Shown: positions 63,910-64,000 of the stretch, piece after piece
Numbering within the stretch: the first letter of the stretch is position 1
Layout of the letters: each line of letters begins with the position of its first letter
Assembly (NCBI GenBank): GCA_964513925.1
Contig: CAZENR010000009.1
Span: 476 to 64,475, forward strand
Length of the DNA stretch: 64,000 bases
DNA from: an uncultured Candidatus Peribacteria bacterium
Lineage (GTDB): Bacteria > Patescibacteriota > Gracilibacteria > Peribacterales > Peribacteraceae
Direction of reading: 5' to 3'
Position numbers and translations under genes: made by a program
The notes under the pieces: model-generated
Told to the model about the DNA's origin: nothing
What the model saw: the letters and a program-made list of their open reading frames with translations, nothing else
Databases searched by the model: none

Positions 63910-64000
63910 CTAGTAGTCCTCGCCAATACCCTCGATACCCAGCGGGTTCTTTTCGTCGTCGTCTTCTTCGCCCTCGTCATCGAGATCGAGTTCATCATCC
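63910..64000 (-). CDS. 3' end of a gene with acidic C-terminus (...DDELDLDDEGEEDDDEKNPLGIEGIGEDY*)
   Basis: Open frame running in from the window edge. TAG stop is at 63910-63912 on the minus strand. Confidence 0.35.
   Translation of the reverse strand, partial: DDELDLDDEGEEDDDEKNPLGIEGIGEDY

Noticed and set aside
1-64000. Alternative genetic code (UGA recoding) or mobile elements (IS, integrase, prophage)
   Set aside because: All conserved genes are intact under the standard code. No transposase, integrase or phage structural signatures were seen in any frame.

Overview
High-GC bacterial chromosome segment, tightly packed with housekeeping genes: recG, miaA, clpP, tgt, rplU, secG, rplI, lepA, rplS, infB, eno, lgt, thrS, dnaA, rseP, comF, dut, ftsZ, ftsA. 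It also carries three tRNAs with encoded CCA and many lineage-specific hypothetical, membrane and secreted proteins. The gene content (stand-alone 5'-3' exonuclease, mostly Shine-Dalgarno-less starts, large orphan proteins) suggests a reduced-genome or candidate-phyla-type bacterium, but that is inference only. No rRNA, CRISPR array, transposase or integrase was seen. Signals not explained by ordinary annotation: (1) two paralogous ~400-500 nt gene-free elements (1629-2016 and 58714-59214) with a shared 5' hairpin, conserved spacing and a ~120-nt core whose stems show compensatory changes; this looks like a large structured RNA of unknown family, and copy 1 abuts a low-GC two-gene island (2024-3399) encoding a wHTH plus DUF4145/HEPN-like protein; (2) a family of short intergenic arrays of GGAWTCC units, each with a GANTC core, at seven or more loci including both flanks of dnaA; (3) duplications of promoter plus the first ~20 nt of the tRNA at two separate tRNA loci; (4) tandem secreted paralogues sharing a new 8-Cys domain; (5) an SF2 helicase plus 736-aa multi-HTH operon; (6) a 1264-aa HExxH protein start-stop coupled to a small membrane protein; (7) a 49-aa hydrophobic peptide gene with a consensus promoter and strong SD. 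Coordinates of non-ORF features were counted by hand and may be off by 1-2 nt. GC statements are by eye, not computed.
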